Positions 29,333-40,154 are shown, counted from the first letter of the stretch. The stretch is 64,000 nt of DNA from Longimicrobiales bacterium (GCA_965238005.1 OZ250165.1:896001-960000); one strand, 5' to 3'. Program-made: numbers and translations. Notes: generated by a model not told the origin, from the letters alone.

Positions 29333-30625
29333 ATGTGCCGAGCCAAGAGTGAGTCGCACATTGTAGTCGCGATGTCTGCCATGCTGTCCCTGGGCGCCGT
29401 CCTGATGACAGGCTGCACCGGTCCCGACGCCGGTAGCGAGGCGGCTGTGACCGTGTTCGAAGGCGCTCGCCTCATCGTCGGGGACGGAAGCGCACCGATC
29501 GAGGACGCGGTGTTCGTCGTCGAGAGCGACCGCTTCACGCACGCGGGGCGAAGGGCGGATGTAGAGATTCCGGGAGGCGCCACCCGCGTCGATCTCAGCG
29601 GCAAGACCGTCATGCCGGCGATCGTGAACGCCCACATCCACCTGGCGTCCACACGGGACGAACGGGTCGATCAGCTCCAGCACATGGCGTACTACGGGGC
29701 CGGCGTGGTCGTGAGCCTGGGCCTGGACAGCGGCGACGTGCCATTCGAGATGCGGGACGAGGCGGTGCCCCACGGGGCCCGGTCACGCACCGCGGGGCGC
29801 GGGATCACCTCCCCGGAACCTGGGCGGTCGGAAGTCCCCTTCTGGGTCACGAGCGAGGCGGAGGCGCGGACCGCCGTGCAGGAGCTGGCCGCTCAGGAGG
29901 TGGACCTGGTCAAGATCTGGGTCGACGATCGCAGCGGCCGCTACGAGAAGCTCTCCCCGGCATTATACGGCGCGGTCATCGACGAGGCCCACAGGCACAG
30001 TCTTCGTGTCACGGCTCACGTGTACACCCTGGAGGACGCGAAGGGGCTTCTCCGGGCGGGGCTCGACGCGTTCGCCCACGGGGTGCGCGACCTTGACGCT
30101 GACGATGAGCTCATGGCGCTCTGGAGCGAGCGCCCCGACGTGGTCCTGGTTCCGAACCTCCCCAATCCGGGGGTGGCGGTAGATCTCGGCTGGCTGAGCG
30201 GGACGGTCCCCCCCGACGAGTTGCAAGAGATGCAGGAGGCGCAGAGGGATCGGCCGGCGGCCCAGGAGTCCTTCGGCATCCAGGCCCGTAACCTGGATAG
30301 GTTCAACCAAGCGGGAGTGAGGATTGCGTTCGGCACGGACGGGAGCACGCCGTGGAGCACCCATCTCGAGATGGAGGACATGGTGAGGTCCGGAATGACC
30401 CCCGCCGAGGTCATCGTCGCGGCAACGCGCAACTCAGCCGAGCTGATGCAGCTAACGGACGTCGGCACGGTGGCGGTGGGCAAGAGCGCAGACTTCATCG
30501 TCCTGGATGCGAACCCCCTTGAGGACATCAAGAACACGAGGCGGATCTCCGCGGTCTATCTCCGCGGCATTGCGGTCGACCGGGACGCGCTAGGAGCGCG
30601 CTTCAGCGGCGGGCCGTCCCCCTAA
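29333..30625 (+). CDS. Amidohydrolase family lipoprotein
   Basis: Lipobox MTGC, GKTVMPAIVNAHIH, KIW, TAHV, FAHG, FGTD, GKSADFIVLDANPL. Confidence 0.88.
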   Translation: MCRAKSESHIVVAMSAMLSLGAVLMTGCTGPDAGSEAAVTVFEGARLIVGDGSAPIEDAVFVVESDRFTHAGRRADVEIPGGATRVDLSGKTVMPAIVNAHIHLASTRDERVDQLQHMAYYGAGVVVSLGLDSGDVPFEMRDEAVPHGARSRTAGRGITSPEPGRSEVPFWVTSEAEARTAVQELAAQEVDLVKIWVDDRSGRYEKLSPALYGAVIDEAHRHSLRVTAHVYTLEDAKGLLRAGLDAFAHGVRDLDADDELMALWSERPDVVLVPNLPNPGVAVDLGWLSGTVPPDELQEMQEAQRDRPAAQESFGIQARNLDRFNQAGVRIAFGTDGSTPWSTHLEMEDMVRSGMTPAEVIVAATRNSAELMQLTDVGTVAVGKSADFIVLDANPLEDIKNTRRISAVYLRGIAVDRDALGARFSGGPSP

Positions 30626-30734
30626 CGGACGACTCAATACTGCTACGATCCCGTTACCGCCGGGTCACACGTCCATGAGCGGCTACGATCGGACTGTGCC
30701 CATCATGCAGCATCACCACGTCCGGGAGGCTGAA

Positions 30735-33344
30735 ATGAAGCGAGAGGGGCATCAAGGAGGTCGACGTACGTCGTCCCAGACAGCTGGCCCCATCCTGGAA
30801 GGAGTGAAGCTGTTCGTATGCTTGCTGCTCATCGTAGGCCCAGTCTCGGCGCAGGAGTGGTCCGAATATCCGGATCCGTTCCGGGGGGGCTACCCTTCCA
30901 TGGACGGGAGCAGCGGCGGCGGCAAGATGTATATGGAAGGCTACTTTCCACCCCCCGTGACGGCATCGCCGACCTATCCTTCCTGGTCGCCCGACGGTGA
31001 GTCGCTGGCGTTCGCGTATCAGGGACGGATCTGGGTCGTTTCCGTCGAGGGCGGAATAGCGCGTCAGTTGACGACCGGGCCGGGGTATCACTCCCAGCCG
31101 AGCTGGTCGCCGGACGGCCGCTACGTGGCCTATGCGGCCGATGTAGATAGGAATTTCGACATCTACGTCCTGGACCGAGAGGCCGGCGAATCACGACGGA
31201 TCACGAATCATCCACACCTCGACCTCCGTCCCCGGTGGTCGCCGGACGGGTCCCGGATTCTGTTCACGACCTCCCGGGACGGGACGTTCGACCTCTGGGC
31301 CTACGACGTGGAGAGAGGTGTTGCCGAGCCTGTCGTAGCTGATTCCAACCAGCATGACATGGCGGGCGACTGGATCGGGGAGGGAGGAGACCTGGTCTTC
31401 GTCTCGAAGCGAGGCGAGGCCGCGCTGGGCTCCGGCTCCCTGTGGCGGTGGAGTGCATCGAGCCGGCAGGCGGAACTGCTTCTCCGCGTGGAGACCAACT
31501 ACCAGGCCGCGCCGGTCGTCGCCCCCCACGGCGGATCGGTCGCATACATCACCGATGCGTCGGGGAACAACGATCTGTATCTGGTGCCGAGCGAGAAGGC
31601 GGCGAGGGGGATCCAGCCGGTGCGCCTGACTCATACGAAGACCGACGAGTACTTTCCCGCCTGGTCACCGGACGGCGAGCAGCTGGTATACGCGCGCAAC
31701 GGCGGGACGCCGGATCAGGTGAGAACGGCAGATCGGGGGATGGGCTTTTCCCTTTACACTGTCTCGAGGGGCGGGGGCGAGCCCCGGCGGGTGCGCATCG
31801 AAGATTACGCGTGGTCGGTGCCGTCCGGGAAGGTCCGGGTCCGCGTGAGCGATTCGAACGGGGGGCTACTCCCGTCCCGCATCTATCTCCGGGGGGCCGA
31901 CGGACGTAGCTACTTTCCGGACGGTAGTTATCCGAGAGTCGTAAGCGTGACGGAGGACTACTACTTCCACACGGACGGAAGCTTCTCGGCAACGCTACCT
32001 GTGGGTGAGGCCAAGCTCGAAGTGTGGCGCGGCTTCGAGTACGAGCCCGTCTTCCCGACTGTCGAGGTGCAAGCCGGGGAGTGGACGACGGTCGAGGTCG
32101 AGTTGAGCCGTTGGATCGACATGGCCGCGAACGGGTCGTACTCCGGCGACAACCACATCCATCCGAACTACGGTGGCCATTACTTCATCACGCCGATGGA
32201 TCTGAGGAACAAAGCCCAGGCCGAGGATCTGAACGTGGCGAACGGAATGATCGCCAACTACTGGGGAAACAGCAGAGTAGAAGACCTGGAACACTTCCTT
32301 GGACATCCACACCCGCACACGGGTCCGCGAACGGTCGTCTACTACAACGAAGAATACCGTCCGAGCTTTTTCGCCCATCTGTCCCTGCTCAACCTGACGA
32401 AGCTCATCACTCCGTTCTACATCGGCTACGAGGGTACCGCGCATCACGAGCTCTATCCCGACAATGCAACGGTCCTCCGGCATGTCCACAGTCAGGGAGG
32501 TATCGGCGGCTACGTCCATCCGTTCGGCCTCAGCCACCGCGATCCGGACACCGCAGGCGTCGGCTCGGCCCGCGAGCTTCCTGTGGACGCCATTCTGGGG
32601 CTCGCGGACTTCGTCGATGTGGCCTGCATATGGAGCGACGAGCTCGGGACCGCCGAGGTGTGGTATCGGCTGCTGAATACGGGGTCCAGGATTCCTGCGA
32701 CGGCTGGGACAGATGCGATGACGGACATCTGGCGGCATCCCGCCGTCGGGACGACGCGGTCGTACGTCTATACCGGGGAAGAGGAGCTGGACTACGACAG
32801 TTGGGCCGACGCCATGGCGAAGGGCCGCGCGTTCGTGACCAGCGGACCGATCCTGTCCCTGGACGTCTCGGGCAAGGGAATGGGCGAGGAGTTGCGCGTA
32901 TCGAAGGGCGATCTACTGGAGGTTACAGCTACGGCCCGTGCCATATTTGCCATGCACCGCCTGGAGATCATCCAGAACGGCGAGATCATTCACACGGTGG
33001 AGGCGACTGGTGCGAAGAAGACGATCGAGGCGGAGCTGCAGATTCCCGTCGAGTCCAGCGGCTGGATCGCTGTGCGGGTTCTCGGTCCGACCCAGCACGG
33101 GGTCATGGATAGCTACCTCTTCGCGCACACGAACCCCGTGTATGTGATCGCCGACGGTGAACCGATCCGTTCAAGGAAAGATGCCGCTTTCTTCGTCCGG
33201 TGGATCGACGAAGCCCTGGAAGATCTGAGGAGCATGGATCGCTGGGACGATCCGGCGCACAAGCAGGAAGTCATCTCCACCTTCGAACTGGGACGACGGC
33301 TGTATCAAGACCAGATCGAGGACCTGGGTACTCACGAACGGTAG
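30735..33344 (+). CDS. PD40 propeller plus CehA/McbA-family (PHP-like) metallohydrolase
   Basis: WSPDG repeats, SGDNHIHPNYGG, NEEYR, GYVHP, WYRLLNTG.RIPATAGTD, AHTNPVYV. GGGAGG RBS before ATG 30735. Confidence 0.8.
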   Translation: MKREGHQGGRRTSSQTAGPILEGVKLFVCLLLIVGPVSAQEWSEYPDPFRGGYPSMDGSSGGGKMYMEGYFPPPVTASPTYPSWSPDGESLAFAYQGRIWVVSVEGGIARQLTTGPGYHSQPSWSPDGRYVAYAADVDRNFDIYVLDREAGESRRITNHPHLDLRPRWSPDGSRILFTTSRDGTFDLWAYDVERGVAEPVVADSNQHDMAGDWIGEGGDLVFVSKRGEAALGSGSLWRWSASSRQAELLLRVETNYQAAPVVAPHGGSVAYITDASGNNDLYLVPSEKAARGIQPVRLTHTKTDEYFPAWSPDGEQLVYARNGGTPDQVRTADRGMGFSLYTVSRGGGEPRRVRIEDYAWSVPSGKVRVRVSDSNGGLLPSRIYLRGADGRSYFPDGSYPRVVSVTEDYYFHTDGSFSATLPVGEAKLEVWRGFEYEPVFPTVEVQAGEWTTVEVELSRWIDMAANGSYSGDNHIHPNYGGHYFITPMDLRNKAQAEDLNVANGMIANYWGNSRVEDLEHFLGHPHPHTGPRTVVYYNEEYRPSFFAHLSLLNLTKLITPFYIGYEGTAHHELYPDNATVLRHVHSQGGIGGYVHPFGLSHRDPDTAGVGSARELPVDAILGLADFVDVACIWSDELGTAEVWYRLLNTGSRIPATAGTDAMTDIWRHPAVGTTRSYVYTGEEELDYDSWADAMAKGRAFVTSGPILSLDVSGKGMGEELRVSKGDLLEVTATARAIFAMHRLEIIQNGEIIHTVEATGAKKTIEAELQIPVESSGWIAVRVLGPTQHGVMDSYLFAHTNPVYVIADGEPIRSRKDAAFFVRWIDEALEDLRSMDRWDDPAHKQEVISTFELGRRLYQDQIEDLGTHER

Positions 33345-33584
33345 CCGTGCTGTGCTAACCACCGAGGGACAGGCCCGATCTCCGACGGCCGCACCGTGCT
33401 CCTCCTCTCTCCCCTCCAGCTGCTGGCTCCCGGCTTCCGGACTTGGCGGCCCGGTTTCCCTCGATAGCGTGCGGCGGGTACGGCTGCGCCGGGGTGCGCG
33501 CTGGCGATCGGCGGCTATCTTAACGCAGCATCGCGATAAGCGGCGATCGCCGCCCGACCTCGACCTCGCTGCCCGGGGGATATC

Positions 33585-34835
33585 ATGAACCGAATCGCTG
33601 TGATCGCAGCCGCCCTGGTGGTTGTTCCCGGGGGACTCCTGGCTCAGGACCCGCACCTCGAGCGCGCCCGAAGAATTCTCTCGGAGGTCCCACTCATCGA
33701 CGGACACAACGACCTTCCGGGCGCGATCCGCGACGCGGCCACGGGGGGCCTGGGGGATGTGGCCGCGTACGATCTCCGCTCGACCACCGAGGGCGACACC
33801 GATTTGGCACGGTTGCGCCGGGGAATGGTGGGCGCCCAGTTCTGGTCGGTGCACGTCAACGTCAACTCGACCAATCCCGCGCGACAACAACTCGAGCAGA
33901 TCGACATCGCGCTCCGCACCATCGAGCGATATCCGGACCTGCTGGAACTGGCCACCACAGCTTCGGACATCGAAGCGGCCTTCGGCCGGGGAAGGATCGC
34001 GTCCCTGTTGGGGATCGAGGGCGGCCACGTCATCGAGAATTCGCTGGGTGCCCTGCGGGGGTTCTTCCACTTGGGAGTACGCTACATGACGCTCGCCCAT
34101 TTCGAGAACACCGACTGGGCGGATTCGGCGACGGACGAGGTGGTGAACGACGGCCTCTCTTCCTTCGGCGAGGAGGTCGTGCGCGAGATGAACCGCATGG
34201 GCATGCTCGTGGACATCTCGCATGTGTCGCCGGCGACGATGAGTGACGCCCTCAACGTGGCTGAAGCGCCGGTCATCTTCTCGCACGCCGGCGCTCGGGC
34301 GTTGACCGACCATGTGCGCAATGTGCCCGACTCGATTCTGGCCCGCCTGCCGGAAAACGGCGGCCTGGTCATGCAAGTGTTTTATCCGCCCTACGTTTCC
34401 GAAGCGTACCGGCAGTACGATGAGCGCGCGCAGCGGGAGGTCCAGGTGAGTATCGGAGAGCGCTTCGGGAACGACCAGGAGCGTATCGAGCGCGAACTCG
34501 CGGCGTGGCGAGCGGCCAACCCACCGCCCAGCACGACGGTGGCCGACGTTGCGGATCACATCGAGCACATCCGCGACGTGGCCGGCATCGACCACGTCGG
34601 CATGGGCAGTGACTTCGATGGCATCCCGACCTACGTGGAGGGGCTCGAAGACGTGTCGACGTACCCGGTGCTCTTCGCCGAGCTGTCACGCCGAGGGTGG
34701 TCGGATGAGGACATGAAGAAACTGGCGGGCGAGAATCTGTTGCGGGTGATGCGGGAGGCCGAGGCGGCGGCGCGGAGGCTTCAGCGCGAACGCCAGCCGT
34801 CGACGCGTACGATGCAAGAGAATCGAATCCCGTAG
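33585..34835 (+). CDS. Membrane dipeptidase (peptidase M19)
   Basis: IDGHNDLP, GAQFWSV, GIEGGH, VDISH, FSH, GSDFDG. Confidence 0.95.
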   Translation: MNRIAVIAAALVVVPGGLLAQDPHLERARRILSEVPLIDGHNDLPGAIRDAATGGLGDVAAYDLRSTTEGDTDLARLRRGMVGAQFWSVHVNVNSTNPARQQLEQIDIALRTIERYPDLLELATTASDIEAAFGRGRIASLLGIEGGHVIENSLGALRGFFHLGVRYMTLAHFENTDWADSATDEVVNDGLSSFGEEVVREMNRMGMLVDISHVSPATMSDALNVAEAPVIFSHAGARALTDHVRNVPDSILARLPENGGLVMQVFYPPYVSEAYRQYDERAQREVQVSIGERFGNDQERIERELAAWRAANPPPSTTVADVADHIEHIRDVAGIDHVGMGSDFDGIPTYVEGLEDVSTYPVLFAELSRRGWSDEDMKKLAGENLLRVMREAEAAARRLQRERQPSTRTMQENRIP

Positions 34836-34993
34836 CTATCGAAGCTGCGTCCTGCCGGGTAAAGCGCTACGTGGTTGTTCCTACGTATACTCACGATGTA
34901 AAGATACGTCCACTCTCCGAAGAGCAACTCGGTGCGCCGCGACGTTCTCAGATGTCAGTGAAGGAGTATCGGAACCTCCGACCACGCCACAAT

Positions 34994-35350
34994 CTAGGTC
35001 GTGACCCCTCGCGCCAGGGATCGGCATTTTAAAGACGCTTTCCGAGTCGATATCGTCTCAAAGAGGTCCCCTACCGTGCGGCCCACCCACACCACTCTGA
35101 ACCTGCCGCCCGTGAAGTCGTTGATTCTGTGGCATGCCGCGCACACTTGCCGGAACCTCGTCTCGCCCCGAGAGGCTTGCCGCGCCGTGAATACTCCGTC
35201 CAATACTGAGCTGCCAGCAGGCGTAGCAGCCTCCGGCTGCCACGAATCGGGAGAAGGGGCAGTAGTCTCCGGCTGCTGGACCGAGCCGCATGCCGCCAGG
35301 ACCAGAGCCCAGACCAGCGCCGGCACGACCGCAGCTAGAGAACACCTCAA
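34994..35350 (-). pseudogene. C-terminally truncated class I cytochrome c lipoprotein
   Basis: Lipobox LAAC, DGVFTARQASRG, CAACH, W.GRTVGDLFETIST. The usual MP (axial Met) and C-terminal helix are absent; homology ends near 35045. Confidence 0.65.
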
Positions 35351-35482
35351 TTTCCACCAGCCACTGCAGGCCCTTCCGTATTCGAGACACGGGGATCGAT
35401 GAGGAACTCCCGGAGGAAATATGGGGGGAACCCTGTCCCGCGAACTGTCGCCGTCAGCACCCCCGCGACGAACTGCTTCCGA

Positions 35483-37600
35483 TCACGGGAGCCGCAATGC
35501 CACCAGTGCTCCGGGCGTCCTTCCACCGGTCTGCACCACGATGTACTGATCCCCTTGGTGCATGTACGTCATCATGCCGTATTGGCCTGCGGCGGGCAGA
35601 TCGATGGTCGCCAGGCGCTCACCGGTCAGCTTGTCCACCGCATGGAGACGCGGCTCACCACCCCCGCCTTCTGCAGTGACGAGCAGCGTCCTCGTGACCA
35701 TCGTGATGGCTTTCGAGGTCTGGCCGGTATTAGGCAGGTCCACCCCCTGAAGCGCCGGATGGTTCGTGATTCGCTCGGGCGTGTCCCCATTGGGGATCCA
35801 CCAGAGGTGCTCCCCCGTGTTCATGTCGATGGCCGTGATCCGTCCGTAGGGGGGCTTGTGGATCGGAAGGCCTTGAGGGCCCCCGAAGTCTCCACGATCG
35901 AGCACGGCATACTCGGAGTATGTAGTGCCCGTGGTCATGATGTCGTCGGGAGCGTCGATGTCTCGGCCAGGGACGAGCCTCTCGGATCTGCACCCCTTGT
36001 TGGACGACACATAGAGGATTCCGGTCTCCGGATCTGCGGACGTCGGACCCGTGATATTGGTCGCACCTGAAGGGCAACTGACAAACGAGCGTAGGCCGGA
36101 CGGATGGCCTACCTGGATCGGTGGGTTGAAGATGGGTCCGATCCGGTAGTTCTGAATGATTTCCAGTGCCTGTTGACGAAGCTCCGGCGTGAAATCGATC
36201 AGGTCGCTCTCAGTGAGCCCTTGCTCTTCGTACGCCAGAGGCCACGTGGGAAAGGGCTGGGTGAGAGACAATTGTTCGCCGGGCACCTCGGACCGAGGCA
36301 CCGAAAGTTCATCGATGGCCCAAATCGGCTCACCGGTTTCCCGGTTGAACGTGAATGCCCAGCCTTGCTTGGTGGTCTGAACCACGATCGGCGTCGGCTC
36401 TCCGTCCACTGTGACGTCCAGCAGGACAGGGGCCGTGGGATTGTCAAAATTCCAGATGTCGTGATGAACCGTCTGGAAATGCCACACCCGTTCTCCGGTC
36501 TGGACGTCGAGGGCGATGACACTCGTGCCGAAGAGGTTGTCTCCCGGGCGGAAGCCGCCATAAAAGTCTATCGTGGGCGGGTTGGTGGGAATATATACGA
36601 GGCCCCGCTCGGGGTCGGCCGACATGGGGGCCCACGACGAGACGTCCCCAGCGGTCAGCCATGAGCCGTTCTCCCAGGTGTCGTGGCCGAATTCGCCAGG
36701 CCTCGGGATGACATGGAATTTCCACAGGAACTCACCGGTTCGGGCATCGTAGCCCATGATGTCGCCGGGGACGTTCTCGACTCGTGTCTGGTAGTAACCC
36801 TGTTCGTGGGAATTGCCGACCACTATCACGTCGTTCACGACGATGGGCGGCGCCGAACTGGTGATCATCCCTATTTGGCGAGGAATTCCCGCATAATGGT
36901 CGAACGGCTGGCCGAGCTCCTCAAAGGGAAGCCAGTCCCTCACAAGATCTTCCAAGGGATCCACGACCCCGGTCTCGGGAAAGCCCTCTACCGGTACAGG
37001 CCTCCCGAATCCCTCCAACGGCTGGCCGGTCTTGGCGTCTAGCGCGTGGAGGAAGAAGCCGGGAGTCGTGATGTAGACCACCCCGCGGCCATCGACCTCG
37101 GCGTAAGTAACTCCCTTTCCATAGTTCTGCCGCATGGAGCGCTCAAACCGCAATGTGTTGGGCTCCCGGAAGATCCAAAGAGTTTCACCCGTAGCGGGAT
37201 CGATGGCGACCACCTGCCTCCGCTCGCTGGCCACCGTGTAAAGCATGCCGTCGACGAAGCTTGGCGTGGACTTGAATGCGTAGTCCACCGTGGGGCCAAA
37301 GTTGTCCGCCCGCCAGATCCATGCGACCTCCAGATCCTCGAAGTTGCTGGCGTCGATCTGGTCCAGGGGCGAATAACGCGTATGGGCCGCGTCCCCGCCC
37401 AGATAGCGCCACTCTCCGTTCTCAGTCCCGGGTCCACCCTGCGCGACGAGGGAAGCCGGTGCCACCATCAAGAGGCCGAACGCCAAGGTGAGAGACAAAC
37501 CCTTCGCACTCCGTCTGAGCCGCTGCGGGTTACCTCTGGACCTCTCCCTTTCGTTCCTCATCAGATCAGAAGGGACCATATGCTCAAGAGTTACTCTCAA
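35483..37600 (-). CDS. PQQ-dependent dehydrogenase (glucose/quinate/shikimate-like, no N-terminal TM anchor)
   Basis: RYSPLDQID, GYDARTGEFLWKF, SADPERGLVYIP, WHFQTVHHDIWNFD, KPPYGRITAIDMNTG. Start uncertain. Confidence 0.9.
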   Translation of the reverse strand: MRVTLEHMVPSDLMRNERERSRGNPQRLRRSAKGLSLTLAFGLLMVAPASLVAQGGPGTENGEWRYLGGDAAHTRYSPLDQIDASNFEDLEVAWIWRADNFGPTVDYAFKSTPSFVDGMLYTVASERRQVVAIDPATGETLWIFREPNTLRFERSMRQNYGKGVTYAEVDGRGVVYITTPGFFLHALDAKTGQPLEGFGRPVPVEGFPETGVVDPLEDLVRDWLPFEELGQPFDHYAGIPRQIGMITSSAPPIVVNDVIVVGNSHEQGYYQTRVENVPGDIMGYDARTGEFLWKFHVIPRPGEFGHDTWENGSWLTAGDVSSWAPMSADPERGLVYIPTNPPTIDFYGGFRPGDNLFGTSVIALDVQTGERVWHFQTVHHDIWNFDNPTAPVLLDVTVDGEPTPIVVQTTKQGWAFTFNRETGEPIWAIDELSVPRSEVPGEQLSLTQPFPTWPLAYEEQGLTESDLIDFTPELRQQALEIIQNYRIGPIFNPPIQVGHPSGLRSFVSCPSGATNITGPTSADPETGILYVSSNKGCRSERLVPGRDIDAPDDIMTTGTTYSEYAVLDRGDFGGPQGLPIHKPPYGRITAIDMNTGEHLWWIPNGDTPERITNHPALQGVDLPNTGQTSKAITMVTRTLLVTAEGGGGEPRLHAVDKLTGERLATIDLPAAGQYGMMTYMHQGDQYIVVQTGGRTPGALVALRLP

Positions 37601-37697
37601 GTATTATCCTCAGGAAAATGACACGAGAAAGCCCTCAGAGCCCCTCAAAGCGGGGCGGTGAAAACAAGCAGGGCGCACATGGAATAGCCGCTCGCCC

Positions 37698-40154
37698 TCA
37701 GGGATGAGCGCCCGTCTCCGCCTCCCCGGCGATCCGCTCATAGATCGCCTGGGCTTCCTGGACGGCGGCCCGGAATCGCTCGCGTTCGGCGGGGGTGCGC
37801 CACTCGGCGCGTCCGTCGACCCGGCGCCACAGCGCCGCCACGCCGTCGGCCAGGAACCGCGCGTCCTCGGCCGACGTCCATTGACGGCCGTCTCGCCGGA
37901 CGTAAACCGGGCTGGTGTGCGCGAATGCATGGGTGTCCGTCACGTAACGTGAGGAGGGACCGAGCACGCGGGCCGCGATCCATCCGCCCCGGGGGACGCT
38001 GACCACCCCCTCGAACTCGACGCGCAACGGATCGGAGCCATTGACGCTCCGCACGACCTCTCCGTTGACGACGATCTCGAGGCGGTCCATGGGTGCGATG
38101 GACACTGCCTCGGCGCGTACGGACAGCTCCGGGACATCCGTGGAAGCCAGATCGATCTCGTCCCCGGGCTCGTGGCCCGCGACATCGAGGAAGAGAAGTG
38201 GGCCCGTGGATCCGAAGGTGTGCTGGGCCCGGATTCCCTCCATCCAGGTCTGCAGGCTGAGCGGGCCCTCGATGTGGACGTATGTGCGGTCCGTTCCTGG
38301 CGGTGGATCACGCCAGACGTCGGAGAAGTTGTCCGTGCCCCCGGTGGCCGCAATGCGGAGACCGGCGTTAAGCATGCGGTAATAGAGCTCCGTGGAGGCG
38401 ATCTCGTCCGAGGGCAACGCAGCCACGTCGTAGAAGTCCCCCTTGCCCAGCGCCACGTTGACCGGAATCAGCGAGCGGGCCAGATCTTCCGGTGCGGTGA
38501 CGTCGTTGCTGTAGGGATGGAGGAAGCCGGCGATCCCCCCCTGGGAGTGTGCGCCGTCGATGTAGGGAAGATCCAGCTCCGGCTGAGAGTAGGCGGTGCT
38601 TCCCGAGCCCGCCGTGAAGGGGAGCACATACTGCCCGATACCGATGAGGGCCACGTGACCCATGCCACCGCGATACTCCTCGCCGTACTGGAGGATGTGC
38701 AGCCCGGTGGAGAGGGGGTGCGGCTCGCCCGTCAGGTCTCCCCAACGGCCCATGAGACGAGTGCCGTCCATGTGAATCAGCGAGTTGGTGATGTGCAGGT
38801 CCTCGGCAACCAGCTGGCGATAGAACGCCTCGTGAGTCAGCCCGAACCTCCCCTGATGCCGGTCGTGGACGTGGGTGTCACCCGAGTACCAGCCACGGCC
38901 CGGCATGTCCACGAGTCGGGTCAGGCGGAGCGTGGCGGTCTCGACTCCACCTTCAGGCACATCGAGCGTGACTGCCGCGGGCTGATATTCGTGCCCCTTG
39001 AGCGCTTCGACCTTGGTGCGGCCGGCGGGCACCTCGACCTCGAACTCGCCGACCGTGTGGAAGTAATGGGTCTCGGTGGCGGCGATCACCCGGTGGAAGC
39101 CTCCGTCGGGGGTGTAGCCCCGCCCGTCGCTTCCCTCCAGGTAGATGCGGGCCGGGGTCGGGCTCCCGTCCGGGGCGAGAACCCGTATACGCACGCGGCC
39201 CGCGGGGTAGCGCGGGCTTCGTGTACGGATGGGCACCTGTCGCCAAGAGCTGGGCGGGCCTCCTCCCTTAGCGACGGTGTAGAGGATCGTAGGGCCTCCC
39301 GCATTCGAGACGAAGGCGAAGCGCTCGCCGTCGGGACTGGATGCAGGGGAATAGTGGTGATGGGGGTCGATGGTGAGGGCCATCGTGGTCCCCCCCGAAG
39401 CGGGGATGATCCGTACGTGGTTCACGCCTCCCTCCTCGGAGACGAACAGGAAAGCGCGGCCATCCGGCGTCCATTCCGGCTTCATGCGGTAGGCGGTCTC
39501 CTCGTGGTGGACCATCCTTGGAGGCCCATCGGGCAGGGCCTTCACCATGAGACCGCCGGTCCCCAATCGTCCGCGGACCGGCGCCACATAGGCGAGCTCG
39601 CGGCCGTCCGGTGAAACTGCCGGATTGATCCCGGCCACCACCTCGTCGTTGGCACCGCTGGCCAGATCGTGACGGAAGATGCGGAAGCCGCCCGCGCGCG
39701 CCGTAACGAAGTAGATCGCGTCTCCGTTCCTACCCCATACGGGCTGAACGTCCACGGCCGGATCGCTGGCGATCCGCTCCACGGGCCCGCCTTCGGCGCT
39801 CACCAGGCCCAGGTCCAGATTGCCGTCGGCGTCGAGGGAGAGCGCCAGCCGGGTCCCGTCCGGACTCCACGCAGGCTCGAAGTGGTATGCCGGTCCCCTG
39901 GTGAGAGCCACCGCCTCACCGCCGTCGGCCGGGACCTTCCAGATGTCACCCCTCATGGAGAAGGCGATCCAACGACCGTCGGGACTCCATGCCGGGTCGA
40001 GAGGGCCTGTGGACACGCCCGGGAGCATGTGTCGCTCCACGCGGTCGGAGTGACCATAACGGCTCGGACCGGCGTGGCCCACGGACACCACGAGCGCGAA
40101 AATGAGCAGTCCCAAGGCGGCCGCGATCAGACGAGCTCTCAGAGTCATTCTCAT
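37698..40154 (-). CDS. Second PD40 plus CehA/McbA-family metallohydrolase
   Basis: WSPDG repeats, WYSGDTHVH, GEEYRG, GFLHP, YYRMLNAG..ATGGTD, AHTSPVYV. Confidence 0.8.
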   Translation of the reverse strand: MRMTLRARLIAAALGLLIFALVVSVGHAGPSRYGHSDRVERHMLPGVSTGPLDPAWSPDGRWIAFSMRGDIWKVPADGGEAVALTRGPAYHFEPAWSPDGTRLALSLDADGNLDLGLVSAEGGPVERIASDPAVDVQPVWGRNGDAIYFVTARAGGFRIFRHDLASGANDEVVAGINPAVSPDGRELAYVAPVRGRLGTGGLMVKALPDGPPRMVHHEETAYRMKPEWTPDGRAFLFVSEEGGVNHVRIIPASGGTTMALTIDPHHHYSPASSPDGERFAFVSNAGGPTILYTVAKGGGPPSSWRQVPIRTRSPRYPAGRVRIRVLAPDGSPTPARIYLEGSDGRGYTPDGGFHRVIAATETHYFHTVGEFEVEVPAGRTKVEALKGHEYQPAAVTLDVPEGGVETATLRLTRLVDMPGRGWYSGDTHVHDRHQGRFGLTHEAFYRQLVAEDLHITNSLIHMDGTRLMGRWGDLTGEPHPLSTGLHILQYGEEYRGGMGHVALIGIGQYVLPFTAGSGSTAYSQPELDLPYIDGAHSQGGIAGFLHPYSNDVTAPEDLARSLIPVNVALGKGDFYDVAALPSDEIASTELYYRMLNAGLRIAATGGTDNFSDVWRDPPPGTDRTYVHIEGPLSLQTWMEGIRAQHTFGSTGPLLFLDVAGHEPGDEIDLASTDVPELSVRAEAVSIAPMDRLEIVVNGEVVRSVNGSDPLRVEFEGVVSVPRGGWIAARVLGPSSRYVTDTHAFAHTSPVYVRRDGRQWTSAEDARFLADGVAALWRRVDGRAEWRTPAERERFRAAVQEAQAIYERIAGEAETGAHP

